A DNA stretch of 32,466 nucleotides from a virus (lineage: Duplodnaviria > Caudoviricetes): positions 1-32,466 of IMG/VR virus record IMGVR_UViG_3300049899_000159. One strand, given 5' to 3'. The notes beneath the pieces are model-generated. The model saw only the letters and a list, made by a program, of their open reading frames with translations, did not search any database and had not been told where the DNA came from. Numbering within the stretch: position 1 is the first letter of the stretch; each line of letters opens with the position of its first letter. Both the position numbers and the translations under genes were made by a program. Positions 1-8,688 of the stretch are shown here, piece by piece.

Positions 1-46
1 TGATATTATATGTTGATAAAGTAAAAACATTAAAAGGAAATCATAA

Positions 47-616
47 ATGAAATTAACTCTTCGCAAAGCAAATGCAGTACAAAACGAAATCAATGTTGTA
101 TTACGAAATCTAACATTTGACACAACTGTTAGGGTAAATGAGTTCGAAGGTCCCGAAACTAAGCTTGAAGAGCAACGCACAGAATTTAATATTAACACTA
201 GACAGCGAACCGAATTGATGGACGCATTGTATGAGATTCGTGTTGCTGTTAGTGCAGCAAATGCCGCAAACGAAGTTAATGATAAATTAGCTGTCGTGGC
301 ACGCCTTGAAAAGGACATTACGTTTTACACTGACCTTGCAAAGTCAGAACCAGTTAAGGATGCTGAAGTAATTAAAGGTAAGTTGCGACAAATTGAAACT
401 GCTAGTTCGGAATCCAGATATGGATATGGTTCTAGAGATTCGGTAGACACCGGAATCCTTACCAAAGGACAAATCAAAAGTTTCAAGAAGAAAACTGCTG
501 ATTTACGTAAAGCAAAACGTAACCTGCAAGATGAGTTGTTAGAAGTAAATGTTAAAGTAACAATTGACATAAGCGACCAATCTGTAGACACATTAAAAGC
601 AGAAAGTTTAGTTTAA
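47..616 (+). CDS. Long-helix (coiled-coil) protein, DIP1984-like
   Basis: 189-aa ORF with AAGGA RBS upstream. Two long amphipathic helices end in IRVAVSAANAAN and LQDELLEVNVKVTI, matching my recollection of the DIP1984-family pattern. The family call is an inference. Confidence 0.6.
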   Translation: MKLTLRKANAVQNEINVVLRNLTFDTTVRVNEFEGPETKLEEQRTEFNINTRQRTELMDALYEIRVAVSAANAANEVNDKLAVVARLEKDITFYTDLAKSEPVKDAEVIKGKLRQIETASSESRYGYGSRDSVDTGILTKGQIKSFKKKTADLRKAKRNLQDELLEVNVKVTIDISDQSVDTLKAESLV

Positions 617-622
617 AGTTTT

Positions 623-640
623 AGTGGTTATTAAACCACT
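623..640 (+). other. Short hairpin between the stop codon and the candidate ncRNA
   Basis: AGTGGTT-ATTA-AACCACT is a perfect 7-bp stem with no U-tract, so it is more likely a processing or stability element than a terminator. Confidence 0.45.
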
Positions 641-643
641 CTT

Positions 644-912
644 AAGTAAGTAGAGGATGAGAGTAAACAACCAAAACGATCCAGATTTGATATGCGCGAG
701 CATTGATAGGATTTGGGGATTGTTTATCTACTAACGTCGAAACAGACTCTGAATCTGACTCGAAGGTGCAACTAGCGATACTATAAGATTGCATATTGCT
801 CGCTAGACATACCTCGATTGAAAATTGTAACTTGTAACTTGTTAGTCACCTTCGGGAGCCGCTAGACGGTATGACTTGCACATTGCACAGTTTACCACTT
901 ATCTACTTGCTT
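644..912 (+). ncRNA. Candidate structured ncRNA (~270 nt) with heptamer-repeat loops
   Basis: No credible ORF. Pairings seen: 644-654/902-912 (11 bp, one GU), 663-668/890-895, 759-768/847-856 (10 bp, one GU), 772-778/800-806, GCGA tetraloop hairpin 692-703, hairpin 858-870. A T-rich tract follows at 911-920. Confidence 0.6.
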
Positions 913-1418
913 TTGTTTTTAACTCTTGCTCTTAATTTCTCGGGTCGCGATTGTTTGGGTGTACGCTTGTTTTTAACGTTAGTACTATTCACACCTAAGA
1001 CAGTAACAATTTTTCCGCCAAGCTCATTAGTTCCGTTTGGATCATCTGTGTAATCGGGATATCTAACAGTTAAAATCTCTGCAAACTCGGGTCGCACTTT
1101 TTGCAACCAAGCAATAAACATCTGCCACATAAATGGCGTGCCTAATCCAGATACAATACCAATAAAGAACCCGTCTAATAATGCATTGTAGTCTGATGTA
1201 ACCCATTCGTTCCCAGCAACAAGTCGATGCCAGGTTAACATAGTTCCGATCAGCACTATTAGAAATGCTGCAAATCTAAGCCAGTGATTGTGTGGCTTAA
1301 GATGTCCGGCTCTATATCTAGCAATTTTAATTCGTTGTACTAGCCATACCGCAGCAAGCATTGGCAAACATATTGCAATAATTTGAGTTACATAAGGTGT
1401 TAGAAAAGTTAAGTCCAT
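903..1418 (-). CDS. Membrane protein (about 3 TM segments, basic C-tail), possibly holin-like
   Basis: 171 aa with three hydrophobic stretches and a Lys/Arg-rich C-terminus. A TAAATA motif lies 4 nt upstream of the ATG on the minus strand. Confidence 0.6.
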   Translation of the reverse strand: MDLTFLTPYVTQIIAICLPMLAAVWLVQRIKIARYRAGHLKPHNHWLRFAAFLIVLIGTMLTWHRLVAGNEWVTSDYNALLDGFFIGIVSGLGTPFMWQMFIAWLQKVRPEFAEILTVRYPDYTDDPNGTNELGGKIVTVLGVNSTNVKNKRTPKQSRPEKLRARVKNKSK

Positions 1419-1422
1419 ACTG

Positions 1423-1463
1423 TATTTACTCGAAATTCGGTAAATTTTATATACAGCTAAATA
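1423..1463. promoter_or_regulatory. Divergent pair of TAAATA late-type promoters
   Basis: TATTTA at 1423-1428 (minus strand, ATG 4 nt away) and TAAATA at 1458-1463 (plus strand, ATG at 1469). Both resemble the T4 late promoter TATAAATA. Confidence 0.65.
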
Positions 1464-1468
1464 TTAAT

Positions 1469-2035
1469 ATGACTGTGAAGAAAGATCGAGACGATTGGTC
1501 CGCTGAGGATGCAATAGAAAGAAAGCTACTTGATAGCAATGTACACCTGCTATCCGGAGACATAGAAACCGACACAATCGATGCCTGTATTAAGTGGATT
1601 CTGTACGAAAACCTAAGCAAATCCAAGAAAACGTTAACAATTTACATCAATTCTTACGGCGGCGATCTATACCAAGCCTTTGCCCTTATAGATGTAATGA
1701 AAGAGAGTAAAAGACCAATTAAGGTAATTGGTATCGGTGCTGTAATGAGTGCTGCCTTTCTTATCTTTGCATGTGGCACAAAAGGAATGCGCGAAGCAGG
1801 TAAAAATGCTAGCTTTATGTGCCACCAATATTCTGATGCATTTGACGGCAAACATCATGATTTGAAAGCAACTATGGCAGAAGGCGATAGATGCAACAAA
1901 CAAATGATAGACGTACTATGCGAAGCATCTGGTCTAACCGAAACCAAAATTAAATCCAAATTACTCCCAGCAACAGATGTCTACCTATCGCCACAACAAG
2001 TACTAGATTTGGGCATCGCAGATACAATCATTTAG
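1469..2035 (+). CDS. clpP: ClpP-family protease proteolytic subunit
   Basis: IYINSYGG, GAVMSAA (catalytic Ser), MCHQ (His) and TDVYLSPQQVLDLGIADTII (Asp and the ClpP C-terminal motif). Start moved to ATG 1469 behind the TAAATA motif. Confidence 0.9.
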   Translation: MTVKKDRDDWSAEDAIERKLLDSNVHLLSGDIETDTIDACIKWILYENLSKSKKTLTIYINSYGGDLYQAFALIDVMKESKRPIKVIGIGAVMSAAFLIFACGTKGMREAGKNASFMCHQYSDAFDGKHHDLKATMAEGDRCNKQMIDVLCEASGLTETKIKSKLLPATDVYLSPQQVLDLGIADTII

Positions 2036-2064
2036 TAGACTTAAAGCTTTTTCTTTGCTATACT
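2036..2064 (+). promoter_or_regulatory. sigma70-type promoter
   Basis: TAGACT-17 nt-TATACT with an extended -10 TG. The ATG at 2071 is only 6 nt downstream. Confidence 0.65.
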
Positions 2065-2070
2065 ATCCGT

Positions 2071-2400
2071 ATGGAAATGTATTTTGAATTCTCAAATGGT
2101 AATGAGACTTTATACTTTAAGACCAACAATCTTTATTCTGACTTGTTGACAACGGATAGGAGATTACTGTCGTCGACTAAAAATATTACGGTTTCGCAAT
2201 ATGCAAATCGTATTTGGGCAGAATACGACAACAAAGTAATATTCGCTAAAAATAGAATGTACGGCACAGATGTGAAAGTTGACTTAAAAGAATTTGTCTG
2301 GATTAAATTAAGATGTAAAGATCTCGAGGCCGATTCTAAGCTCACTGCCGATTCTATTATAAAAGAGTTATGGCCACCTACACGGGAGTTACAAATATGA
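2071..2400 (+). CDS. Hypothetical protein
   Basis: 109-aa ORF behind a promoter, with ATGA overlap to the next gene. Contains LKEFVWIKLR. Confidence 0.7.
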   Translation: MEMYFEFSNGNETLYFKTNNLYSDLLTTDRRLLSSTKNITVSQYANRIWAEYDNKVIFAKNRMYGTDVKVDLKEFVWIKLRCKDLEADSKLTADSIIKELWPPTRELQI

Positions 2401-3284
2401 TAAAAAAATATAAGAACAAAATTAAATTAATAAGAATGTTACATGTTGCATTATATGCCTCGGCATTGTATGTTTTGATTGCACATTTTAGTTGGACTAT
2501 GTTGGCAATAGGATTACTTACTGGATGGATGTTATGGTTATTTGGAATTAGTATTTCGCTACATCGCTGGACCGTCCATAAAGCATTTACACCTAAGAAT
2601 GATGTTATTGAAAAGATATTATTATGGCTCGGTACCTTATGCACACTAGAAAGTTCTTTAAGTTGGGGATTAGGACATAGAGTGCATCATGTAAGAGCTG
2701 ATACTAAATCTGATCCGTTCACTGCTGATTCAGACAAATTAATTGATAAATTAAAGATATGGTTTTATTACCACAATGAACCAATCGACAAATTTAGAAT
2801 GTCTGATATACCCGAAGTTAAAAATCACATGTGGTTTCACAATAATTATTTTAAGGTATTATTAGGAACATGGACGGCATTTATATTATTGTTTGGGTTT
2901 GTAAATTTTGGTTATCTAATTGCTATTCCATGTATATATGTATTTACAGGCTACGGTTGGATTAACTTAATTGCACATTCAAAATTCTTCGGCAAGTTGA
3001 CTGGATATCGGTTATATAAAACAAAAGATTATTCATACAACAGCAGATTTTGGGCAGCAATATTTCCAGGCGAAGGCATGCACAATACACATCACGCATC
3101 TCCAGGTCGATGGAATACTGCTACTCTGCCAAACGAATTTGATATTGCTTCGTACATCGTTCCGCTTGTAGGTATCCCAAAAGATAGACCTATACGTGAT
3201 GGAATTAATTATGTATCAGGAAAAGAGGCAATGTCAGCAGAGTATGATATAGTCGATCTACACATTAAAGAAAAGAATAAATGA
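2397..3284 (+). CDS. Membrane fatty acid desaturase (delta-9/DesC-like)
   Basis: Three His boxes (HRWTVH, HRVHH, GEGMHNTHH) and TM helices. Start placed at ATG 2397, overlapping the upstream stop. Confidence 0.9.
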   Translation: MIKKYKNKIKLIRMLHVALYASALYVLIAHFSWTMLAIGLLTGWMLWLFGISISLHRWTVHKAFTPKNDVIEKILLWLGTLCTLESSLSWGLGHRVHHVRADTKSDPFTADSDKLIDKLKIWFYYHNEPIDKFRMSDIPEVKNHMWFHNNYFKVLLGTWTAFILLFGFVNFGYLIAIPCIYVFTGYGWINLIAHSKFFGKLTGYRLYKTKDYSYNSRFWAAIFPGEGMHNTHHASPGRWNTATLPNEFDIASYIVPLVGIPKDRPIRDGINYVSGKEAMSAEYDIVDLHIKEKNK

Positions 3285-4174
3285 TATATACGTTTGGATG
3301 TAGTATGAGCAAATGGTATTGGCCTACGTGGCCGGACTGGTTAAAAGCGTACGGAGAAGACGTAACTAACTATGCATACAAAGGCTATTGCAATAATCAA
3401 ATGTATTGGCAAATCTTAGACAAGCTAAAACAGTTCGACAACAATGACCATATAATTATAGTATGGCCAAGACCAGACAGACAAGTAACTTGGTATGATA
3501 GGGAATGGATTGATAAAAATGATGTTAAGGGTTTCTTTCCTGATACACAAGGAAAGCTATGGCTGACAAAGAATACACCATACACTGGGTTATATAGAAA
3601 ACACCCCGAGCATTTATCGAGCTTCACTGATGTAGTTATAAATGGCTTTGACATTATATTACAAACACAACTTTTATTAGACCGCGTAGGTTGTAAATAT
3701 ACTATGGCGTTTGTACAGAACCCTTGGGCAGATACCAGACCGGAGTACGCACCGAAGTTTGCTACTAAATGGCAAAATAGCAACGGACTAACTAAATCAG
3801 AAATAAAGACGGCTAAAAACATATTAGAAATAGACGCAGTACGTAACACTATTAATCTAATAGATTGGTCAACTTTTATTTCGGCGCCAGAAGACCCGTT
3901 TAATATAAATCATTACGCAGGCATCTGGGAATATTATTTTAACAAGAAAGAGTGTGTAATATACAAACACAAGACAGACAATCATATTACATCACTTGCA
4001 CACCACGACTGGGCTGTAGAAAATTTATTAGACGCAGATCATAATCTTAGAGGTTTAGCAAGAGATATAAGCAAGGATGCAATGACTATCGACATTCCAC
4101 AGTTCACACGAGAGGATTTTGTTGCACCACCCGAGACTGAACTATTATTATCACGGTATAAAGATAAATTATGA
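3281..4174 (+). CDS. SGNH/GDSL hydrolase-like protein
   Basis: N-terminal YTFGCS, a second block AYKGYCN and C-terminal DNH. ATGA-type coupling with both neighbours. Confidence 0.6.
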   Translation: MIYTFGCSMSKWYWPTWPDWLKAYGEDVTNYAYKGYCNNQMYWQILDKLKQFDNNDHIIIVWPRPDRQVTWYDREWIDKNDVKGFFPDTQGKLWLTKNTPYTGLYRKHPEHLSSFTDVVINGFDIILQTQLLLDRVGCKYTMAFVQNPWADTRPEYAPKFATKWQNSNGLTKSEIKTAKNILEIDAVRNTINLIDWSTFISAPEDPFNINHYAGIWEYYFNKKECVIYKHKTDNHITSLAHHDWAVENLLDADHNLRGLARDISKDAMTIDIPQFTREDFVAPPETELLLSRYKDKL

Positions 4175-4866
4175 AAGATGAAATAAAAGAATTTTACAGC
4201 AAACTACAATTTCCCGGACATTATAAAATAGAAGATTTAAAGTTTTATGATACCGAAGGTGTCTGTAACAAATACATGAAGCAGATGGATAACTTAATAA
4301 AACCGGACGATCGAATACTAGACATAGGATGCGGTACTGGTTTTGTTAGTAACTTCTTTGCAATGCGTTATCCTACATGCCAAATTACTTCTGTTGATTT
4401 CAGTGATAGCATAGACTATGCTGAACAGTTTGCAAAAGATAATAAGATTCACAATGTGCATTGGATCAAAGAAGATTTTGCAAAATACAAAGCATACGGA
4501 AAATATGATATAATTATTTGTTGCGGAGTACTGCATCATATGCCGACATATAATACAGCTATATCTAAAATAAAAACATTATTAGAATATAACGGTAAAC
4601 TTGCATTAGCGGTATATAATCCATATGGTAAATTTCTCAAACGATTTATTAAACTAAAATATCACAACGATATATTATACCAAGATCAAGAAAACAATCC
4701 GTACGAGGTAAGTTTCACTCAACATTATGTGCGTAAAATATTATGTTGGAATCTTAAATTAATAAGTGTAACACCCAGTTTCTATAATAGATTTATTGAT
4801 TTCCTAGCGATGTTTAATAGCCGCAATGGAGGGTTGGTGTTATATATCTTCGAGAAAGATGACTAG
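4171..4866 (+). CDS. Class I SAM-dependent methyltransferase
   Basis: ILDIGCGTG motif I, VDFS, YDIIICCGVLHH. Confidence 0.9.
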   Translation: MKDEIKEFYSKLQFPGHYKIEDLKFYDTEGVCNKYMKQMDNLIKPDDRILDIGCGTGFVSNFFAMRYPTCQITSVDFSDSIDYAEQFAKDNKIHNVHWIKEDFAKYKAYGKYDIIICCGVLHHMPTYNTAISKIKTLLEYNGKLALAVYNPYGKFLKRFIKLKYHNDILYQDQENNPYEVSFTQHYVRKILCWNLKLISVTPSFYNRFIDFLAMFNSRNGGLVLYIFEKDD

Positions 4867-6781
4867 AAAGAAAAATATTATCGTATGTAACTTTCCTAGA
4901 TTTAGTGGAGAAATCTGGATACCTTACCTGTGGTCGCAAGCAAAGACATTTTATGAAATACATGGTAGACGTGTAGATGAATGGAACTGGGTACCTTGTT
5001 ATGCCGATGTTTATAGTGCCGGCAACGAAGATAAAATAAAAGAATTAATAAGACAAAATCCGCCTGACGTCTTTGCTATTAGTTTGTATGTATGGAACTA
5101 TAACTTAGCACACGAGATAGCGGCATGGGTAAAAGAAGAGTTTCCAAACTGTTTAGTTATAAGCGGTGGACCTCATCAATACTTTAAACACGACAACAAT
5201 TGGTTTAAAAAGCATCCTCATTTAGATGCTAGTCTCCCTGGAGATTGTTATGGCGAACTATGCTTTACACAAATACTAGACTTATACGAAGATACTGACT
5301 TTGTTGATTGGACTTGTGTAAGTGACATACATTATCCGTCTCGTGATAAAAGTATGGTAATGTCTAGTAATAAAAAAATGACAAAGCAAGAGAAAAAGGC
5401 CTATCCATTTAACTGGAGTTCTTATTCGTTACAACAAGAACATATATTGGATTTTCTGCAATTCCAACAAGAACATTTTCCTAACAGTTTAGTATTGGCG
5501 GTATTAGAAACTACCCGTGGATGCCCGTATGGTTGCACTTATTGTGACTGGGGCGGTGGTACCAATACTAAAATTTTACAAAAGACTACCGAAACAGTTA
5601 AGCAAGATATAGATGCAGCAATGAACTTTGACTTGTCTTATTTGTATCTTGCTGATGCTAACTTTGGAATATTTGGTCAACGAGACGTAGATATTATAAG
5701 CTATATAGCACAACAGCGAAAACAACACAGACAGCTATTTGGAATTGGGTATGGTGGATATGCTAAGACAGCAAATAAATTAGAATACATTCGTGACATT
5801 TTGGAAATTGATGTTGAGAATAATCTTAGCACAACTAAAGAATTAAAAATAAGTGTACAATCGTTAGATGAAGATGTACTAAAAGCAATATCTAGAAAAA
5901 ATATTCCGCTCGACAAACAATTGGAGATTTATAGACCCCTTGCTAAAAATAATAAATTACCATTGTTTGTTGAACTGATAATGGGACTACCTGGTATTAA
6001 CCTAGAGAAATATTATCATGAGCTAGATGTATTAGGACATAACAATCTTAGCATACAATGGTATGAATGGATACTGTTACCAGAGACACCTGCTTATGCA
6101 ACAGATTACAGAAAGCAGCACGGTATTCAAACTATCACAAAAACAAAAGGATGGGCGCACGAAGAAGCAGCAAGTAATAGAGAAGTTGTAGTAGGGTGTA
6201 ATAGTTACTCATCCGACGACTATTTTCAAATGCTGATGTCTAATAGTTTATATCATTTATTAATAATAGGTGGATTTTACAAATCAGTTATTGAATTTAT
6301 AAATTATAACGGCACTGAATATGGCGAAATAATACGAGACATTTATGAGAATTTTTTCTTAAGAACCAACTGTTGTAATTACTATAAACATGATGCTTAC
6401 CATCAGTGGAAACAAATATTAAACGATCCTGATTTACAATGCCGAGTTAACATAGGTGACGAATCAGTTCATGTTGGGCATTATTTTATAGCACTAACAC
6501 ACTTAGATAATAACATCGTAAATCATTTAATGACATTCTTAAAGAATAAGTATGATATACCCGAGCATGTAATAGAATACGAAAGAGAATTGCATATTAA
6601 TAGTTCTAACTTCGGAACTGTAAAAAGAAAAAGTTTATCAACATTAACGTATAAAACAGGATTTTCAAATAAACAAAATACATTACATGATATGATAAAC
6701 ATTTATTATAATTATTATGATTCGGGCAACATAACAAGAGCAAAGAAGAAATTACTAGGAGTATTCAATGTGGTCAATTAG
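4859..6781 (+). CDS. Cobalamin-binding-domain radical SAM enzyme
   Basis: ETTRGCPYGCTYCDW (CxxxCxxC), N-terminal B12-binding-like ISLYVWN...VISGGP, LADANFG, ELIMGLPG. Start placed at ATG 4859. Confidence 0.88.
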   Translation: MTRKKNIIVCNFPRFSGEIWIPYLWSQAKTFYEIHGRRVDEWNWVPCYADVYSAGNEDKIKELIRQNPPDVFAISLYVWNYNLAHEIAAWVKEEFPNCLVISGGPHQYFKHDNNWFKKHPHLDASLPGDCYGELCFTQILDLYEDTDFVDWTCVSDIHYPSRDKSMVMSSNKKMTKQEKKAYPFNWSSYSLQQEHILDFLQFQQEHFPNSLVLAVLETTRGCPYGCTYCDWGGGTNTKILQKTTETVKQDIDAAMNFDLSYLYLADANFGIFGQRDVDIISYIAQQRKQHRQLFGIGYGGYAKTANKLEYIRDILEIDVENNLSTTKELKISVQSLDEDVLKAISRKNIPLDKQLEIYRPLAKNNKLPLFVELIMGLPGINLEKYYHELDVLGHNNLSIQWYEWILLPETPAYATDYRKQHGIQTITKTKGWAHEEAASNREVVVGCNSYSSDDYFQMLMSNSLYHLLIIGGFYKSVIEFINYNGTEYGEIIRDIYENFFLRTNCCNYYKHDAYHQWKQILNDPDLQCRVNIGDESVHVGHYFIALTHLDNNIVNHLMTFLKNKYDIPEHVIEYERELHINSSNFGTVKRKSLSTLTYKTGFSNKQNTLHDMINIYYNYYDSGNITRAKKKLLGVFNVVN

Positions 6782-7658
6782 TTTCAAATCAGTAACAATA
6801 ACAGCACTAATATCAATAGCATGGTTTTTTGGATTCCAGGAAATGTATATAGTCTTTGCTGACTTTAGCAATCAATGGTATTGGTTTGTTTTAGCGACAA
6901 TATGGACAACAACTATACATGATGTATTTGGACATATGACTATGTCACATACACTCTACCCGGTTAATACTAAAAGTATAACATACAAGTTATTAACTTT
7001 TTTAATGAATGTTGATCACGGATGGGGACCATTAACTACTTTTTGTATGGGACACGGCAGACACCATTCACATGCCGACCAAGGAAGCAAGGATCCAAAC
7101 AATCCACGACTAGGTTGGTTTACAAATGGATCCGTTAGTCCACTTCTTTACTTGTACGACACAAATGCAGATTGGGGTGACGAAGCAGAGTATAAGAAAT
7201 ATACTGATATGCAAACCAAAAGGTTTAAAGAAGTGTTTGATGATAACTGGACCTTTATAACAGAAGAGTATTCGCATTACTTAACAGTAGCATTTTGGGT
7301 CTTGCTCTTTTTCACATTACCTGTTATACTGTTTAAAATAGTGTTCCTAGGTAGAGCCCTTTTGAGCATTTATACAGTATTTTCGGCTTCTTTTGGACAT
7401 CTGCCTGTACTAGGAAGTTATCGTAATTTTGATACACCGGACACATCACACAACCATTTAATATTACATTGGATAAGTTTAGGGGTGTTTCCAACTATAT
7501 TACAAAATAACCACCACGGGGCACACTACACGTTAAAAGACGGCGGTGCAGCACATTGGTACGAATGGGATCTTAGCAAGTATCTAGCAAGGATAATTAG
7601 ATTAGGATTAGAAAAGAAAGCGGATAAACCGTTTATAGACGATAGTACATATCAATAG
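6768..7658 (+). CDS. Second membrane fatty acid desaturase-family protein
   Basis: His boxes HMTMSH, HGRHH and QNNHH, TM helices, and a GSYRNFDTPDTSHN motif typical of delta-9-like enzymes. Confidence 0.85.
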   Translation: MWSISFKSVTITALISIAWFFGFQEMYIVFADFSNQWYWFVLATIWTTTIHDVFGHMTMSHTLYPVNTKSITYKLLTFLMNVDHGWGPLTTFCMGHGRHHSHADQGSKDPNNPRLGWFTNGSVSPLLYLYDTNADWGDEAEYKKYTDMQTKRFKEVFDDNWTFITEEYSHYLTVAFWVLLFFTLPVILFKIVFLGRALLSIYTVFSASFGHLPVLGSYRNFDTPDTSHNHLILHWISLGVFPTILQNNHHGAHYTLKDGGAAHWYEWDLSKYLARIIRLGLEKKADKPFIDDSTYQ

Positions 7659-7666
7659 AGGATAAC

Positions 7667-8488
7667 ATGAAAATAGCATATGGTAGTGACATACACTTAG
7701 AATTTGGCAGTATGGAACTAGACAACACAGAAGACGCCGACCTGTTAATATTAGCAGGTGACACCCTCACGATACATTCTTTAATGCTAGAGGATTCTCA
7801 TCGAAAACGCCGTTCGCAAGAATTCTTAAAACAAGCAAGCGAGAAGTTCCCTAAGGTTATAATGATATGCGGCAACCACGAGTATTATCATACAGAAATG
7901 CTGCGAGCAATGAAAATACTACGCAAGGAAGTTGCCCAGTATGAAAACTTTCATTTGCTTGACGACGAAGAACTTATTATAGACGATACTGTTTTTATAG
8001 GATCTACTATGTGGACAGATATGAATGGTCATAATCCTTTGGCAGAAATAGAATGCAACAAGTGGATGATGGACTTCTCTGTTATACAATATCGCGACCA
8101 ACGATACAACGCAGCCAAATCTGCTAAGATGTTTGATAAGTCGGTTGGATTTATAGAGAATCGTTTAAGAGAGCACCGTGACAAGCAATGTGTGGTAATT
8201 ACGCATCATGCTCCGAGCAGGCACAGTAGCAGTCCTGTATTCTTTAACAGTCCTATAAACCCTGCGTTCTATTCGGATCTGGACAACTATATACAAGACC
8301 AACCGAACGTACCAATTTGGATACATGGCCATATGCATAATAGCAGTGACTATAAAATTGGTAAGACGCGCATCTTGTGTAACCCTCGTGGCCATATAGG
8401 TGATGCGGTAGAAGGACAGCGAGCAATGGAATTTGAACTAAAGCATTTTGAGCTAGAAGTGGTTGACAACGACACAGAAACAAGTTAA
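7667..8488 (+). CDS. Calcineurin-like metallophosphoesterase
   Basis: SDIHLE, LAGD, GNHEYY, THHAP, WIHGHMH, CNPRG. Confidence 0.92.
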   Translation: MKIAYGSDIHLEFGSMELDNTEDADLLILAGDTLTIHSLMLEDSHRKRRSQEFLKQASEKFPKVIMICGNHEYYHTEMLRAMKILRKEVAQYENFHLLDDEELIIDDTVFIGSTMWTDMNGHNPLAEIECNKWMMDFSVIQYRDQRYNAAKSAKMFDKSVGFIENRLREHRDKQCVVITHHAPSRHSSSPVFFNSPINPAFYSDLDNYIQDQPNVPIWIHGHMHNSSDYKIGKTRILCNPRGHIGDAVEGQRAMEFELKHFELEVVDNDTETS

Positions 8489-8491
8489 AAT
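8463..8491 (+). promoter_or_regulatory. sigma70-type promoter
   Basis: TTGACA-17 nt-TAAAAT, followed by an AAGGAG RBS. Confidence 0.75.
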
Positions 8492-8520
8492 ACGTAGTAT
8501 TTTAATAAAAGGAGAAAGCA

Positions 8521-8688
8521 ATGTTTGAATCAATAGATATCCGTTTGGTAGCAAATGGCTACGTAATTGCAGTAACAGATGACGAAGGTGATGTAAGTGA
8601 ACACATCTGCGATACGCCACGTAAAGTTACAAAATTTGTACGTGACAGAATGACTGCTAAAGTAGAAGCGGACAAAGTAACTGCATAA
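8521..8688 (+). CDS. Small hypothetical protein (55 aa, missing from the ORF track)
   Basis: MFESIDIRLVANGYVIAVTDDEGDVSEHICDTPRKVTKFVRDRMTAKVEADKVTA. Strong RBS and promoter upstream; TAATG overlap with the next gene. Confidence 0.8.
   Translation: MFESIDIRLVANGYVIAVTDDEGDVSEHICDTPRKVTKFVRDRMTAKVEADKVTA

Noticed and set aside
617-912. tRNA, tmRNA, group I intron or CRISPR array as an explanation of the non-coding region
   Set aside because: I see no cloverleaf or T-arm/CCA end, no interrupted gene, no convincing P7 elements, and no repeat-spacer pattern. The repeats are only 7 nt and degenerate.
871-1053. 60-aa plus-strand ORF overlapping the candidate RNA
   Set aside because: It has no RBS and lies antisense to the better-supported 903..1418 gene, so it is a shadow ORF.
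1397-1468. GTG-started N-terminal extension of ClpP in the ORF track
   Set aside because: It overlaps the divergent gene and both TAAATA motifs; ATG 1469 fits the promoter pattern.
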